A DNA stretch of 64,000 bases from assembly GCA_003161515.1 (NCBI GenBank), contig PMOH01000316.1, forward strand, positions 1,210 through 65,209. The letters run 5' to 3'. Shown one piece after another: positions 8,924 through 18,051 of this stretch; the stretch's first letter is position 1; each line of letters starts with the position of its first letter. The notes beneath the pieces are model-generated. The model saw only the letters and a list, made by a program, of their open reading frames with translations. It was not told the DNA's origin and made no database searches. This DNA comes from Deltaproteobacteria bacterium (lineage in GTDB: Bacteria > Desulfobacterota > Binatia > Binatales > Binataceae). Made by a program: the position numbers and the translations under genes.

Positions 8924-9808
8924 ATGACGCGTTTTAAGCTGGGGCAATTGCCGCCCGAACCAGATCCTAAAGCCAAGCTGCTCAAGAACTATCTCGATCG
9001 CAAGGCGATCACACCCCCGGCGACCGAACCGATCGACATGAGCAAGTACGCGGCGAAGTACGACTATGTGATGACTGCCATGATGGCTAACGGGCCTGAC
9101 CCGGTCGCGCCGCTAAAAATCGCGCCGTTCGGAGTTGGCGACTGCGTATTCGCAGCAGCGGTACGCTTCGCTGCCCTTGAAGGGCTGAGCCGGGGGCGTG
9201 TCCTGTTCAAGAACGCGGCTGATATGTGTACCGCCGCGCTCGATGGATACGCGAGCACCGGTTGGGACATCAACCAGACCGACTCGCAGGGCAACAACCC
9301 GACTGACCAAGGCACGATCCCGAACCGCGCTTTCAAGTGGCTCCAGACCAAGGGCTTGCTGTGCTCGAATGGTTCGCGCCACAAGTTCGGCCCGATGCTG
9401 CAGGTCAATCCCCTCGACTTCGCGGAAGTCATCATCGCGATGAATATCGCCCAAGGTATCATGATCGGGGTCAACTTCCCGGCTGCCTGGGACAACTCGC
9501 CGATATGGGACGTGACCAACACGCCACTCGAAGGTGGACACGAGATCCCCGGCTACTCGGACCTGAAGCTGACGACCAGCGGTATCCAGATCGACACTTG
9601 GGGCAACGCGGCGCCGGGGCCGCGCATCATTACGCCGGGTGGTCTCGCGCAGCAATGCAACCAACTCACGGTCATTATCGATCCGCTGGAGTTCGGATTC
9701 GGGCGCCACGGCAAGAAGGCCAACGGAAAGCGCCGGCGCGGGCGGAACATCGAGGGCTTCAACCATGCTCAGTGGCTCGCGGATGTTGCGGCTGACGGCG
9801 GATTTTAG
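8924..9808 (+). CDS. papain-fold (C1-like) cysteine peptidase-like protein
   Basis: GDCVFAA (Cys), DQGT, GGHEI (His), DTWG. Confidence 0.65.
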   Translation: MTRFKLGQLPPEPDPKAKLLKNYLDRKAITPPATEPIDMSKYAAKYDYVMTAMMANGPDPVAPLKIAPFGVGDCVFAAAVRFAALEGLSRGRVLFKNAADMCTAALDGYASTGWDINQTDSQGNNPTDQGTIPNRAFKWLQTKGLLCSNGSRHKFGPMLQVNPLDFAEVIIAMNIAQGIMIGVNFPAAWDNSPIWDVTNTPLEGGHEIPGYSDLKLTTSGIQIDTWGNAAPGPRIITPGGLAQQCNQLTVIIDPLEFGFGRHGKKANGKRRRGRNIEGFNHAQWLADVAADGGF

Positions 9809-9925
9809 AAAAGCTCCGAGCGCGGGCGTCCGGGCCTAACCGGAGCCTCCGGACTTTGCCAGCCGGTATCTGGCGGCTCGCGCTCGGTTCTTTGATCGTG
9901 CTAAGGGGAGAGGAGGGATACCTAC

Positions 9926-10408
9926 ATGGCACGCGACAAAAAAGGTCGGTTCATCTCGGAGCGCACGCGGATTCGATTGGCGGCAGCGGCGGCTAAGAGA
10001 GCGGCGGCGCTTCTCGCCGTGCCGCACGAGGAAGTAGCCAAAGAGTTGCTGTCCGGAGACACCTACAGTCTCGGAGACGCACCGAATTCGCCGGGCAAAG
10101 AAGCAGAAGCGCCGCTCGACACTCTCGACCTCGAGGCGACGCATCACTCTCCGGAATCCGAAAGCAAGGCATGGAAAGCCATCCTCATCGCTCTGTCGGT
10201 GATCGGGTTGCTATGCGCCGCTGGCTGGTACGCGCTAAATCGCTCGCAGTTGGAGTCGCCCCCGGAGCCGACCGAACTTGTTTCCCCGGCCGCGTCGAGC
10301 GCGAGCGCATCGCCAAGTGATACGCCGACGCCGATGGTGACTCCTTCGCCGAGCGCGTCCGCCACGCCGGTCGATTTTCGCAAATACAGCGAACCGGATA
10401 ACGACTGA
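9926..10408 (+). CDS. single-pass membrane protein with Ser/Pro/Thr-rich tail
   Basis: MARDKKGRF start, one TM helix, SPSDTPTP tail; strong SD. Confidence 0.7.
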   Translation: MARDKKGRFISERTRIRLAAAAAKRAAALLAVPHEEVAKELLSGDTYSLGDAPNSPGKEAEAPLDTLDLEATHHSPESESKAWKAILIALSVIGLLCAAGWYALNRSQLESPPEPTELVSPAASSASASPSDTPTPMVTPSPSASATPVDFRKYSEPDND

Positions 10409-10418
10409 AGTTGTAAGA

Positions 10419-11060
10419 ATGGCGGCTGCGGTTCCAGAACGACGAGTCCCCAAGGACCTCACTCCCGACGCGTTGCTCAAAGCGCGCGACGAAGCCGAGC
10501 GTCGTAAAAAGGCGTTTAATCTTCGAATCCTGAACGCTAGCTACGAGGACATCGCCAAACAAACTGGCATCCATGTAAAGAGAGTCGGCCGCGAAATCCG
10601 CAAGGCACTCGGCGAGCTCGACGAGATCGATCTGCTCGATCGCCGCAAGCTCGCGGCCGAGCGGCTCGACGCGCTCGAGCGGCCGTTCTGGGCGCGCGCT
10701 CTCGGGGGCGACGTCAAGGCCGGGAATTTCATCCTGCGCTGCGAGACCCAGCGCGCCGAACTGTTCGGGTATGCCGCCGGCAAACCGGATTCACCCGATG
10801 GGCCCCGGCTCGGGGAGATAGCGCGCGGCCTTCCCCCTGGAGCGCGGGCGACGGTCGAACTCTCGAGCGTGTGGCAGAGCCCCGATGTCATCGCCGCGGT
10901 GCAGAAAGCTCGCCGGGAGAAGATGATCAGCGGGCCCAAGGAATCCGCGATCGATGCGAGTTTTATGCGCGGGTCCGATGAGAACGCCGTTGACCCTGAC
11001 GAGCAACTCTACGACGAGGTTCTCGCCGAGGGAGTTGCGCAAGCGAGTGAGTCAGCATAA
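10419..11060 (+). CDS. HTH protein, candidate terminase small subunit
   Basis: AFNLRILNASYEDIAKQTGI HTH plus RLDAL...ALGGDVKA...RAELFG; lies upstream of terL. Confidence 0.6.
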   Translation: MAAAVPERRVPKDLTPDALLKARDEAERRKKAFNLRILNASYEDIAKQTGIHVKRVGREIRKALGELDEIDLLDRRKLAAERLDALERPFWARALGGDVKAGNFILRCETQRAELFGYAAGKPDSPDGPRLGEIARGLPPGARATVELSSVWQSPDVIAAVQKARREKMISGPKESAIDASFMRGSDENAVDPDEQLYDEVLAEGVAQASESA

Positions 11061-11105
11061 AGAGTAAGCGACCAATCTTGGCGACAATGTCGGGAGGATG
11101 CGGGA

Positions 11106-11654
11106 ATGAAAGTGCGGAAAAATGTAGCGCGACTGATAGGGCTAGCTGCAATTATTGCTTTGTTCGGCACGCTCAGCCTCAAACCGGATCCGCTCCGGGT
11201 CTTCCAGACGATCGCCGCCGCCGTAACCGCGACCGTAACCGCGACCGCAACCGCGACCGCAACCGCGACTACGACCGCTACGGCCACGCCGGTTGTCGCA
11301 GTATTTCCCACGCCGACTGTCGTCGCCGCGCCCGCCGGCTGCGCATCTATCGCAGGCCTCGGGCCCTATACCATCGGCGTGAGCTGGTGTCAGGATCAGA
11401 GCCAATCGCCCTACGTGCTCATGGTCTGGAACGGAGTTTCGTTCGTCCGGCCCGCTGCGCTCACGAAAGGCGTCACGCCGCCATCGACCGCACCTGATAC
11501 CGCGCTGTGGCTGAACACCAACGATTATCCGCCGGTGCTCGAACAGTGCAGCGCCTCGACCTGCTCGCCGGCACGGTGCCTAGTCGGAGTTTGCGGCATT
11601 TGGAATCCCCTGATGATTCCAAACTACGGGCCGCTGGCGTCGCCCGTGCCCTAA
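11106..11654 (+). CDS. secreted or membrane protein with Thr-Ala repeat
   Basis: N-terminal signal or TM segment, (TA)n tract, Cys-rich C-terminus. Confidence 0.7.
   Translation: MKVRKNVARLIGLAAIIALFGTLSLKPDPLRVFQTIAAAVTATVTATATATATATTTATATPVVAVFPTPTVVAAPAGCASIAGLGPYTIGVSWCQDQSQSPYVLMVWNGVSFVRPAALTKGVTPPSTAPDTALWLNTNDYPPVLEQCSASTCSPARCLVGVCGIWNPLMIPNYGPLASPVP
11220..11290 (+). repeat. tandem 12-bp repeat ACCG(T/C)AACCGCG encoding (TA/TV)n
   Basis: Directly visible tandem array. Confidence 0.8.
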
Positions 11655-11689
11655 AGAAAAACACCCCAAAAAAGGGCGGGGAGTCGATT

Positions 11690-12064
11690 ATTGGTTTACC
11701 TCTAGCGACTTCCCGCCTTGACTTCAGAGCGTTGGCGAATGTGGATTTTCGACTCGGTAGCTCACAGTTATTCTGGGACGGACAATTAGAACTTCCGTGT
11801 CCTCTCTGCCAAGCGCTTAATCTCAAAACTTCAGATCACTCGACCGAGACCTGTCGTAGCTGTAGGCGCTGGTTTAACTGGCGCTGGATCGCTTATCGCA
11901 TGTTCCACGAGTACGTCGATGGCCCGAGCGAGAAACCATCTGACCCCAATGAGCCGATAAGGGCTTGGACCCCGAGCGACGAACTCAAAAGTATGCGACC
12001 GCGCGCGCGGGGGCTTGATGGAAAATATGTCAAAGGCCCCGGAGGCGCAGGCGATGGCGCGTGA
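11690..12064 (+). CDS. zinc-ribbon protein (start uncertain: ATT 11690 or GTG 11741)
   Basis: CPLC...CRSC; GGGGAG SD precedes an in-frame ATT. Confidence 0.5.
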   Translation: MGLPLATSRLDFRALANVDFRLGSSQLFWDGQLELPCPLCQALNLKTSDHSTETCRSCRRWFNWRWIAYRMFHEYVDGPSEKPSDPNEPIRAWTPSDELKSMRPRARGLDGKYVKGPGGAGDGA

Positions 12065-12302
12065 CGATTCCTATACCGGCAAGGCCGCATCGATCGTTCA
12101 AGAGGTCGAAGACATCGCAATTTTATTTGGCTGGTCGTTCGAGCGCCTCTACAACGGATTCTGGCAAAGCCCCCGCGGGCTCGCGGCGGTGCTTCTCGAC
12201 GACGATCAGATCGACTCAATCGACGAAAACTACGCCATCATTCGCCCCAAGCAGGCCGGCGGGAAGACCCTCAAATTCTGGCGTGTGACCAATGGCTACT
12301 GA
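12054..12302 (+). CDS. hypothetical protein
   Basis: GGAGG SD before ATG 12054; overlaps the terL start. Confidence 0.6.
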   Translation: MARDDSYTGKAASIVQEVEDIAILFGWSFERLYNGFWQSPRGLAAVLLDDDQIDSIDENYAIIRPKQAGGKTLKFWRVTNGY

Positions 12303-13902
12303 GAGTTTCGAATCACTATCTTCCGCCGAGCAGGAGGTTATTCTGACCCGCGCCTGTCCTGACTATTGGCTCGAAAAGACGACTGGCGAAAAGGCTTGGG
12401 CTAGGCAGGTCGAGGTCATGCAGGCGGTTGCGATGCACCCGCGGGTGGCGGTCGCGTCCGGGAATGGAATTGGGAAAACGTGGCTCGCTGCTCGGTTGGC
12501 GGCCTGGTTCCTAAGCGTCTTCTCCCCTGCGACCGTGGTGACTACCGCGCCGAACATGCGTCAAGTGAAAGACCTCCTCTGGAAAGAAATTCAGGTCGTC
12601 GCTGGCAAGGCCAAAGAGAATGGGCATGATCTTGGCGGCGAACTGTTCACCGCGAGTTGGGAATTTCCCGCGCTCAAGAGAAGGGGCATTAGGCACTACG
12701 GCGTCGGCTTCGCCTCGAAAGAATACGACGTCAACCAATTTCAGGGCTATCACAACTCACACATTTTGGTGATAGAGGATGAGGCCGCCGGCATCAGTGA
12801 GCCGGTCGACGAAGGGATCAACTCGATACTCAAAGGCGCCTTCACCCGCTGGCTGAAAATCGGCAACCCGACCACACTCAAAGGGCCGTTCTTCGGAGCC
12901 TTCAAGAGTAAAGACTGGGTCTGTTATCACATTTCGCAATTCGATACCCCGAACGTAAATGCCGTCCCTCCACCGCGAATATTTGAACAGGATCTCGGCA
13001 CGCGCAAAGAAATCATGGAGCGGTTCCTCGATAGCCTCCTCACGATGCCGATCAGTATCGATGGCGTTGTAACCCCGGCAAATATCAAGAGCGACTTCTA
13101 CAAATGGGGCGAAGATCATCCGCTCTGGCAGGCGCGTGTGCTCGGGCAGTTTCCGGATCGGACGGAGGACACCTTCATCGCGATCTCGTGGGTCGAGCGC
13201 GCCGCGGCGGCGACTCGCAATCTGGAAGGCGCGACTATCGACGTCGGTGTCGACGTCGCGCGCTATGGCAGCGCGAACACGGTCTTTGTCGCGCGCATCG
13301 GCGATCGGCCTGCACAGGGAAACGCATTCGCTTGGGAGAAGTACGGTCAGCAGGGCTTGATGGTTACGTGCGGCCGCATTATCCAGTTTATTTCAAAGAT
13401 CCGTGCCTTTTGGAAGGAAGTGGCCCCCGCGAATCTGCCCTGCCCGCTGATTCGAGTCAAAATCGACGCAGTTGGCCTCGGTGCGGGCGCCTACGATCGC
13501 TGCAAGGAGATCTTCGACGGTGAAGAATGGCGCGTGGATGGCCGACGTACCGTCACGGTCCACGAAATGATCGAGCATCGCACCGCGCGCAATCCCATCC
13601 AATACACCAACGCTACTACCGAATGGTGGGCGCTGACAGCACGAGGCTTCGAAGCCGGGGACATCTCCGGCGAGGTCTTCGCTGACAAAGACCTGATGGA
13701 CGAATTGGTCTCGCGCAAATACGAATACGGGTCCGATGGGAGAATGCGAGCAGAGAGCAAGGAGGCCATGAAGACACGCGGCGAGGCTTCACCGGACTTC
13801 GGCGACGCCGTGGTGATCGCTTACGCAGACATACCAATGAGTTTATTCGATGATGAGGAGCCGTCATCCGGCCTACACGCAGGTCTTGTCTACGGCAGGT
13901 AG
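12292..13902 (+). CDS. terL: terminase large subunit
   Basis: Walker A ASGNGIGKT, Walker B LVIEDEA, GNPT, nuclease motifs GVDVARYG, DAVGLG and SPDFGDA. Confidence 0.95.
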   Translation: MATESFESLSSAEQEVILTRACPDYWLEKTTGEKAWARQVEVMQAVAMHPRVAVASGNGIGKTWLAARLAAWFLSVFSPATVVTTAPNMRQVKDLLWKEIQVVAGKAKENGHDLGGELFTASWEFPALKRRGIRHYGVGFASKEYDVNQFQGYHNSHILVIEDEAAGISEPVDEGINSILKGAFTRWLKIGNPTTLKGPFFGAFKSKDWVCYHISQFDTPNVNAVPPPRIFEQDLGTRKEIMERFLDSLLTMPISIDGVVTPANIKSDFYKWGEDHPLWQARVLGQFPDRTEDTFIAISWVERAAAATRNLEGATIDVGVDVARYGSANTVFVARIGDRPAQGNAFAWEKYGQQGLMVTCGRIIQFISKIRAFWKEVAPANLPCPLIRVKIDAVGLGAGAYDRCKEIFDGEEWRVDGRRTVTVHEMIEHRTARNPIQYTNATTEWWALTARGFEAGDISGEVFADKDLMDELVSRKYEYGSDGRMRAESKEAMKTRGEASPDFGDAVVIAYADIPMSLFDDEEPSSGLHAGLVYGR

Positions 13903-13920
13903 AATCGATGGAGCAGTCCC

Positions 13921-15672
13921 ATCTTTAAGACAATCGGCAATAAGATCACTTTCGCGAGCTGGGCGACCGCGCGCTACAAAAAGTTGGATCTATACGACCG
14001 CCTGTTAGACGGAACCTTCTACGATCATTTGCCCAATTCGTTTTATGAAGAGACGGGACAACGAAACCACTACATCCCGCTGCATGAGCGCCGGCCGTCG
14101 GTCCAGTACAATCTCTGTGCGTTCGTGGCCAGGAAGATCGCGCGCAAGCTCTTCGCGGGACGCCACGCGCCTCGCTTCGCGCACGAAAACGACGACCTCA
14201 AGGAAGCGGCTACCGCACTCGCGCGCGAGGGCTTCCTCGAGCAGAAGCTCCTTCGTGCAGCGGTCTGGGGCTCCGTCGGCGCCGTTTGCGTCACTTTCAA
14301 AATCGAGCCCGATGGCGCCGAACAGCAGCGCATCGTATTCGAGGTCTGGCGCGCGAAATGGTGCGAGCCGGAATTCGACAAGCTCGGCGAGCTGAACTCG
14401 CTGCGCATCGCCTACCTGACTTATGGCTACCAGTTCAAGGCGATCTACGGGGTCGAAAAGGACGATGAGGGCAAGCCGATCGATGATGGCGCCCTCTATT
14501 GGCATGTCTCGGACATCGACACGCAGCAATGGATTGTCTACCAACCGAGAGCCAAGGACTCATGGCCCCCTGGCGATGAAAAGCCACTCTTGGCGATGGA
14601 CGAGTTGAAGCAACCTACGCCGCACAACTTCGGGTTCGTGCCGGCGCATTGGTTCGTGAATCTGTCGAGCGGGGATGACATCGACGGCCAATGCCTGTTC
14701 AAAGATGCGATCAACACGGCGATCGATATCGACTACACCATCAGCTCGCTCGGCCGCGGCGTCCGCTACAATGCCTCGCCCGAGGTAGTGCTAATCGGCA
14801 AACGCAAGAATGCCGACCTGGACGAACGCACCGGGACGATGGTGATCCGCGGGCCGACTCACGTCATCGAGATGGAAGGCACCCGGCGCGATTCCGCCGG
14901 CAACCAGATCGGCGGCGGTGACGCGAAGCTCCTCGAAATGAGCGGCCAGGGGATTGCCGTCGGCCTGCAGCTCGTGGAGACGCTCCGGAAGTTTGCGCTG
15001 GAATCGATAGCCGCCTCCAGGAAGGACCCCGACAAGATAGGCGGTCCCCAAAGCGGCCGTGCGATGGAGATGCTCGACGACGATCCGCTCGATCTCTATG
15101 ACGAGATGCGCCAGACGTACGGCGAGAACGGATCCCTGCCTCTGATGCGCAAGGCGATGCGCGCGGCGGCGAAGGTAAAGCACGCCTTGCTTGAAGGCGT
15201 TAGTCTCACCGACATTGATGCGCTCGCTTACTACTGGCCGAAGCCGTACCAGCCGGGCGCGCAGGAGATATTCCAGCTTGGGCAAGGACTTGTTGCGCTC
15301 ACCACGCCGATTCCGGACGAGCACGAAACTGCTCCTGGGCCTGCTGTACCCGGCGCCGACGGGAAACCGGGGAAGCCCGGCGCGGCGCAGCAGACTGGCA
15401 CGGTCGCGATGCGGCCGATTATGACGATCGAGAAGGCGTCCCGCTTGGTCGACACTATGCTCGACGTTCCGCCGGACGTTGCGACTATGCCCGCGCAACA
15501 GGAGCCCGCGCCCACCGGAGACGATGGCGGGCATCCTTCTCCGGAGCCGGTCGAGACGCCGGAGCACGACAAAGAAGACGAAGGAGACGCCCTCGCGCGC
15601 GCGTCGAAGCTCTCGCAGCCTAAACCGAAACGTCCGAGCGGGCGAGCGCCACGCAAGAAGGTAAGTAAGTGA
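13921..15672 (+). CDS. portal protein (probable ATC start; first canonical start is TTG 13984)
   Basis: Follows terL; HNFGFVP and AKLLEMSG...QSGRAME motifs; size fits a portal. Confidence 0.85.
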   Translation: MFKTIGNKITFASWATARYKKLDLYDRLLDGTFYDHLPNSFYEETGQRNHYIPLHERRPSVQYNLCAFVARKIARKLFAGRHAPRFAHENDDLKEAATALAREGFLEQKLLRAAVWGSVGAVCVTFKIEPDGAEQQRIVFEVWRAKWCEPEFDKLGELNSLRIAYLTYGYQFKAIYGVEKDDEGKPIDDGALYWHVSDIDTQQWIVYQPRAKDSWPPGDEKPLLAMDELKQPTPHNFGFVPAHWFVNLSSGDDIDGQCLFKDAINTAIDIDYTISSLGRGVRYNASPEVVLIGKRKNADLDERTGTMVIRGPTHVIEMEGTRRDSAGNQIGGGDAKLLEMSGQGIAVGLQLVETLRKFALESIAASRKDPDKIGGPQSGRAMEMLDDDPLDLYDEMRQTYGENGSLPLMRKAMRAAAKVKHALLEGVSLTDIDALAYYWPKPYQPGAQEIFQLGQGLVALTTPIPDEHETAPGPAVPGADGKPGKPGAAQQTGTVAMRPIMTIEKASRLVDTMLDVPPDVATMPAQQEPAPTGDDGGHPSPEPVETPEHDKEDEGDALARASKLSQPKPKRPSGRAPRKKVSK

Positions 15673-16199
15673 ACCCTCAACTAATCCAGGTACGCGAGCC
15701 CGAGATCGGGTCCAAGGGCTTTCTCATCGAGAAAGATGGGCTCTTCGTCTTATCGACCGGACCGGGATTGTTGCGCGGTATCGCGTGCACCCACGCGGGA
15801 TCCGGAATGCTCGTGGTGCACGACGGGGTGCCTACTTCGAATGGCTTCTTCGAGAATCGCGGACACCGGCAGATGGCGGCCGGCAGCAGCGACGAGATCT
15901 GGCGGTGCGCGCGGTGCGATGGCGCTCAATGCCCGATGTGTTTTGGTGCCGGGGAGATTGCTCATGCGATCGAACGCGTCCCTTGCCCGGTAGGACCTCG
16001 GCATTGTTCAGCCTGCAGGGGCACCGGAATAGAGGGAGACTACTGGTCACGAAACGGCCGCGTGATGATGCGGCTGAATCAAATGGGGATGTGGATGTTC
16101 GATGCGGGGTTTCACCACGGCCTCTCGATCGCAGTTGCCGGCGGAACCCCATCGGTGCACATCATCGCGACGATCACTTGGCTGACGCATGGCGACTAA
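15669..16199 (+). CDS. hypothetical protein with inserted DnaJ-type CxxCxGxG zinc finger
   Basis: CARCDG, CPMCFGAG, CSACRGTG. Confidence 0.65.
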   Translation: MNPQLIQVREPEIGSKGFLIEKDGLFVLSTGPGLLRGIACTHAGSGMLVVHDGVPTSNGFFENRGHRQMAAGSSDEIWRCARCDGAQCPMCFGAGEIAHAIERVPCPVGPRHCSACRGTGIEGDYWSRNGRVMMRLNQMGMWMFDAGFHHGLSIAVAGGTPSVHIIATITWLTHGD

Positions 16200-16458
16200 A
16201 CAAAAAGCACATCGAAAGCCGGGCAAGGTTGTGAAGTTGCACGCGATCGACGGGCAGCATGGGGTCCACGCGACGCTGGCCAGGCTCTATCGGAATTTAG
16301 AGAAGGATTTTCCGGGCGCCAAGCAAGTCTTGGTCGTGATTCAGAGTTACCCCGACAAGAACCACGAATGCGAATGGGCGACGGTTACTAACAATCTGAC
16401 GCGGGCTGAAAAGCTCTATTTGTTGGAGATGGGGAAACGGGTGATGTTCGGTGACTGA
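16189..16458 (+). CDS. hypothetical protein
   Basis: Overlapping operon gene. Confidence 0.6.
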   Translation: MATKQKAHRKPGKVVKLHAIDGQHGVHATLARLYRNLEKDFPGAKQVLVVIQSYPDKNHECEWATVTNNLTRAEKLYLLEMGKRVMFGD

Positions 16459-16753
16459 GTTGTTCACACCGGCCGGGCCCGGAAGCCTCATGCGATCGGT
16501 AACGATCGATGATGTCGGCGTCTTCCACGTAGCCCGTCGGACCTGCGAGCTGTACTCGGTCGAGATTATGAGCGGTTGGGGCAGACTCAGGGCGAGCAAT
16601 GGACGCGGTCGGAGCCTCTGGTATCAGCCGTCCATTTTCACAGGATCGTTTGTGATTGGGTGCGAGGCCGAAGAAGGATTGATCGTGGAGATCCAAGGTG
16701 GACCGCCGACGGTGAACGTCAACTTTAGAGAGAAAACGCGCGACCTAGTGTGA
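16451..16753 (+). CDS. hypothetical beta-rich protein
   Basis: Overlapping operon gene. Confidence 0.6.
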   Translation: MTELFTPAGPGSLMRSVTIDDVGVFHVARRTCELYSVEIMSGWGRLRASNGRGRSLWYQPSIFTGSFVIGCEAEEGLIVEIQGGPPTVNVNFREKTRDLV

Positions 16754-16986
16754 TTCAAATCAAGTCCCCAATGACAGGTTCGATACAGCTCTTTTTGCGC
16801 GAGAACGGGGCGACGGTCGCGGCTGGGGACAAGATCATCGGCATCGAGAGTATGAAGATGATGAACGAGGTAAAGACGCCGGCTGCGGGTCGGCTGAGTT
16901 TTAAGGTACGTCTTGGACAAGTAGTGAATCGCGGACAAGTTCTGGCGGAGGTGGATGATGGCGCTACCAATCAAACTAACAGCTAG
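16750..16986 (+). CDS. stand-alone biotinyl/lipoyl attachment domain (BCCP-like)
   Basis: IKSPMTG...G..V..GD.I..IESMKMMNEVKTPAAG...GQVVNRGQVLAEV. Confidence 0.9.
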   Translation: MIQIKSPMTGSIQLFLRENGATVAAGDKIIGIESMKMMNEVKTPAAGRLSFKVRLGQVVNRGQVLAEVDDGATNQTNS

Positions 16987-17266
16987 CGGGGCGGGGATCG
17001 CGGCGAGTGCACAGCTCCAAAGTTCGGGGTTAGTGGTCGCCATTAAAGGCGTGGCTGGCGTCGCGGCTCTCGATGCTGCGGTCTGGGTCGCCCCGCAGAA
17101 CAACGCTACTACGAACGGCGACGAGATCGCGCATATGAAAGCGTCGGCCGCAGGGACAGACACACTGGCGGTGCCAAACGGCATAGCTGTCGAGTCGGGT
17201 CAGTACCTGCTGGTGAACTTTGTCGACACTGACGCCAATCACGAAGTCTGGATATATTTCGACTGA
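16958..17266 (+). CDS. hypothetical beta-rich protein, possibly virion-associated
   Basis: Head-module position; Ala/Gly/Val-rich. Confidence 0.6.
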   Translation: MALPIKLTASGAGIAASAQLQSSGLVVAIKGVAGVAALDAAVWVAPQNNATTNGDEIAHMKASAAGTDTLAVPNGIAVESGQYLLVNFVDTDANHEVWIYFD

Positions 17267-17288
17267 TAGTCGAATAAGGGAGAGAAGG

Positions 17289-18041
17289 ATGTTCATACAA
17301 GGCTTCTTCGGTAGAGAGTTGGACCGACGGATGTTGCTGCTTGAGGGCGAAGGCGAAGGTGGTGGGGGAGGAGGAGCTGGCGGCGATCCTCCTGCCGGCG
17401 GTGGCGCACCCGCAGGCGGAGGCGGAGCGCCGCCAGCCGCTGAGAGCGGCGAGGTGGATATCGCCAAGTTGCCGAAAGCAGCTCAGGAATACATCCAGAA
17501 AATCCGCGGTGAGTCCGCGAGTGAACGCACTAAGCGAATCGCTGTCGAAGCCGAGCGCGATCGCCTGTCGAAAGAGAAAAAAGACAGCGACGACAAAGCT
17601 TCCGTCGAAAAAGGCGAGTTCAAAACCCTCTACGAGAATACCAAAAAAGAACTCGATACCGAACGCACCGCGCGCCGAGCACAGACCATCGACGGTGCGA
17701 TCCGCGAGGCTGCCGCCGCCGCTGGTATCTTAGATCCCGACCTCGTCACTCTCATCAAGCGCGAGACCGTCCAAGTAACCGATTCCGGTCAGGTCGCCGG
17801 TGCCCGCGAGGCTGTTGAGGCGTTCAAAGCCGAGAAGCCCAATCTCTTCAAGGCTGCTGCGCCTGCTGGCGGTGGCGGGGGAGGCGGCGGTGGTCCTACC
17901 CCTCGGGGGACCGGGCCCCGCAGTCCCGCCCCGGCTGGTGATGGCGGCGGCGGCGCACCGAAGGATGTCGGCACTTTGGAGCAGAAAGAGTATAACGCCC
18001 ACAAAGCTCAGACGCTTCGCAGTCTGCGAAACGTACGGTAG
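17289..18041 (+). CDS. head scaffolding protein
   Basis: Gly/Pro N-terminus, coiled coil with EKGEFKTLYE, GILDPD...KAEKPNLF; GGGAGAG SD. Confidence 0.85.
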   Translation: MFIQGFFGRELDRRMLLLEGEGEGGGGGGAGGDPPAGGGAPAGGGGAPPAAESGEVDIAKLPKAAQEYIQKIRGESASERTKRIAVEAERDRLSKEKKDSDDKASVEKGEFKTLYENTKKELDTERTARRAQTIDGAIREAAAAAGILDPDLVTLIKRETVQVTDSGQVAGAREAVEAFKAEKPNLFKAAAPAGGGGGGGGGPTPRGTGPRSPAPAGDGGGGAPKDVGTLEQKEYNAHKAQTLRSLRNVR

Positions 18042-18051
18042 GAGGGCCGCC

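Noticed and set aside
12292..15672. Genome-wide TAG reassignment
   Set aside because: Many genes end cleanly in TAG (scaffold, sheath, lysin), long ORFs are intact in code 11, and the tRNA is not a suppressor.
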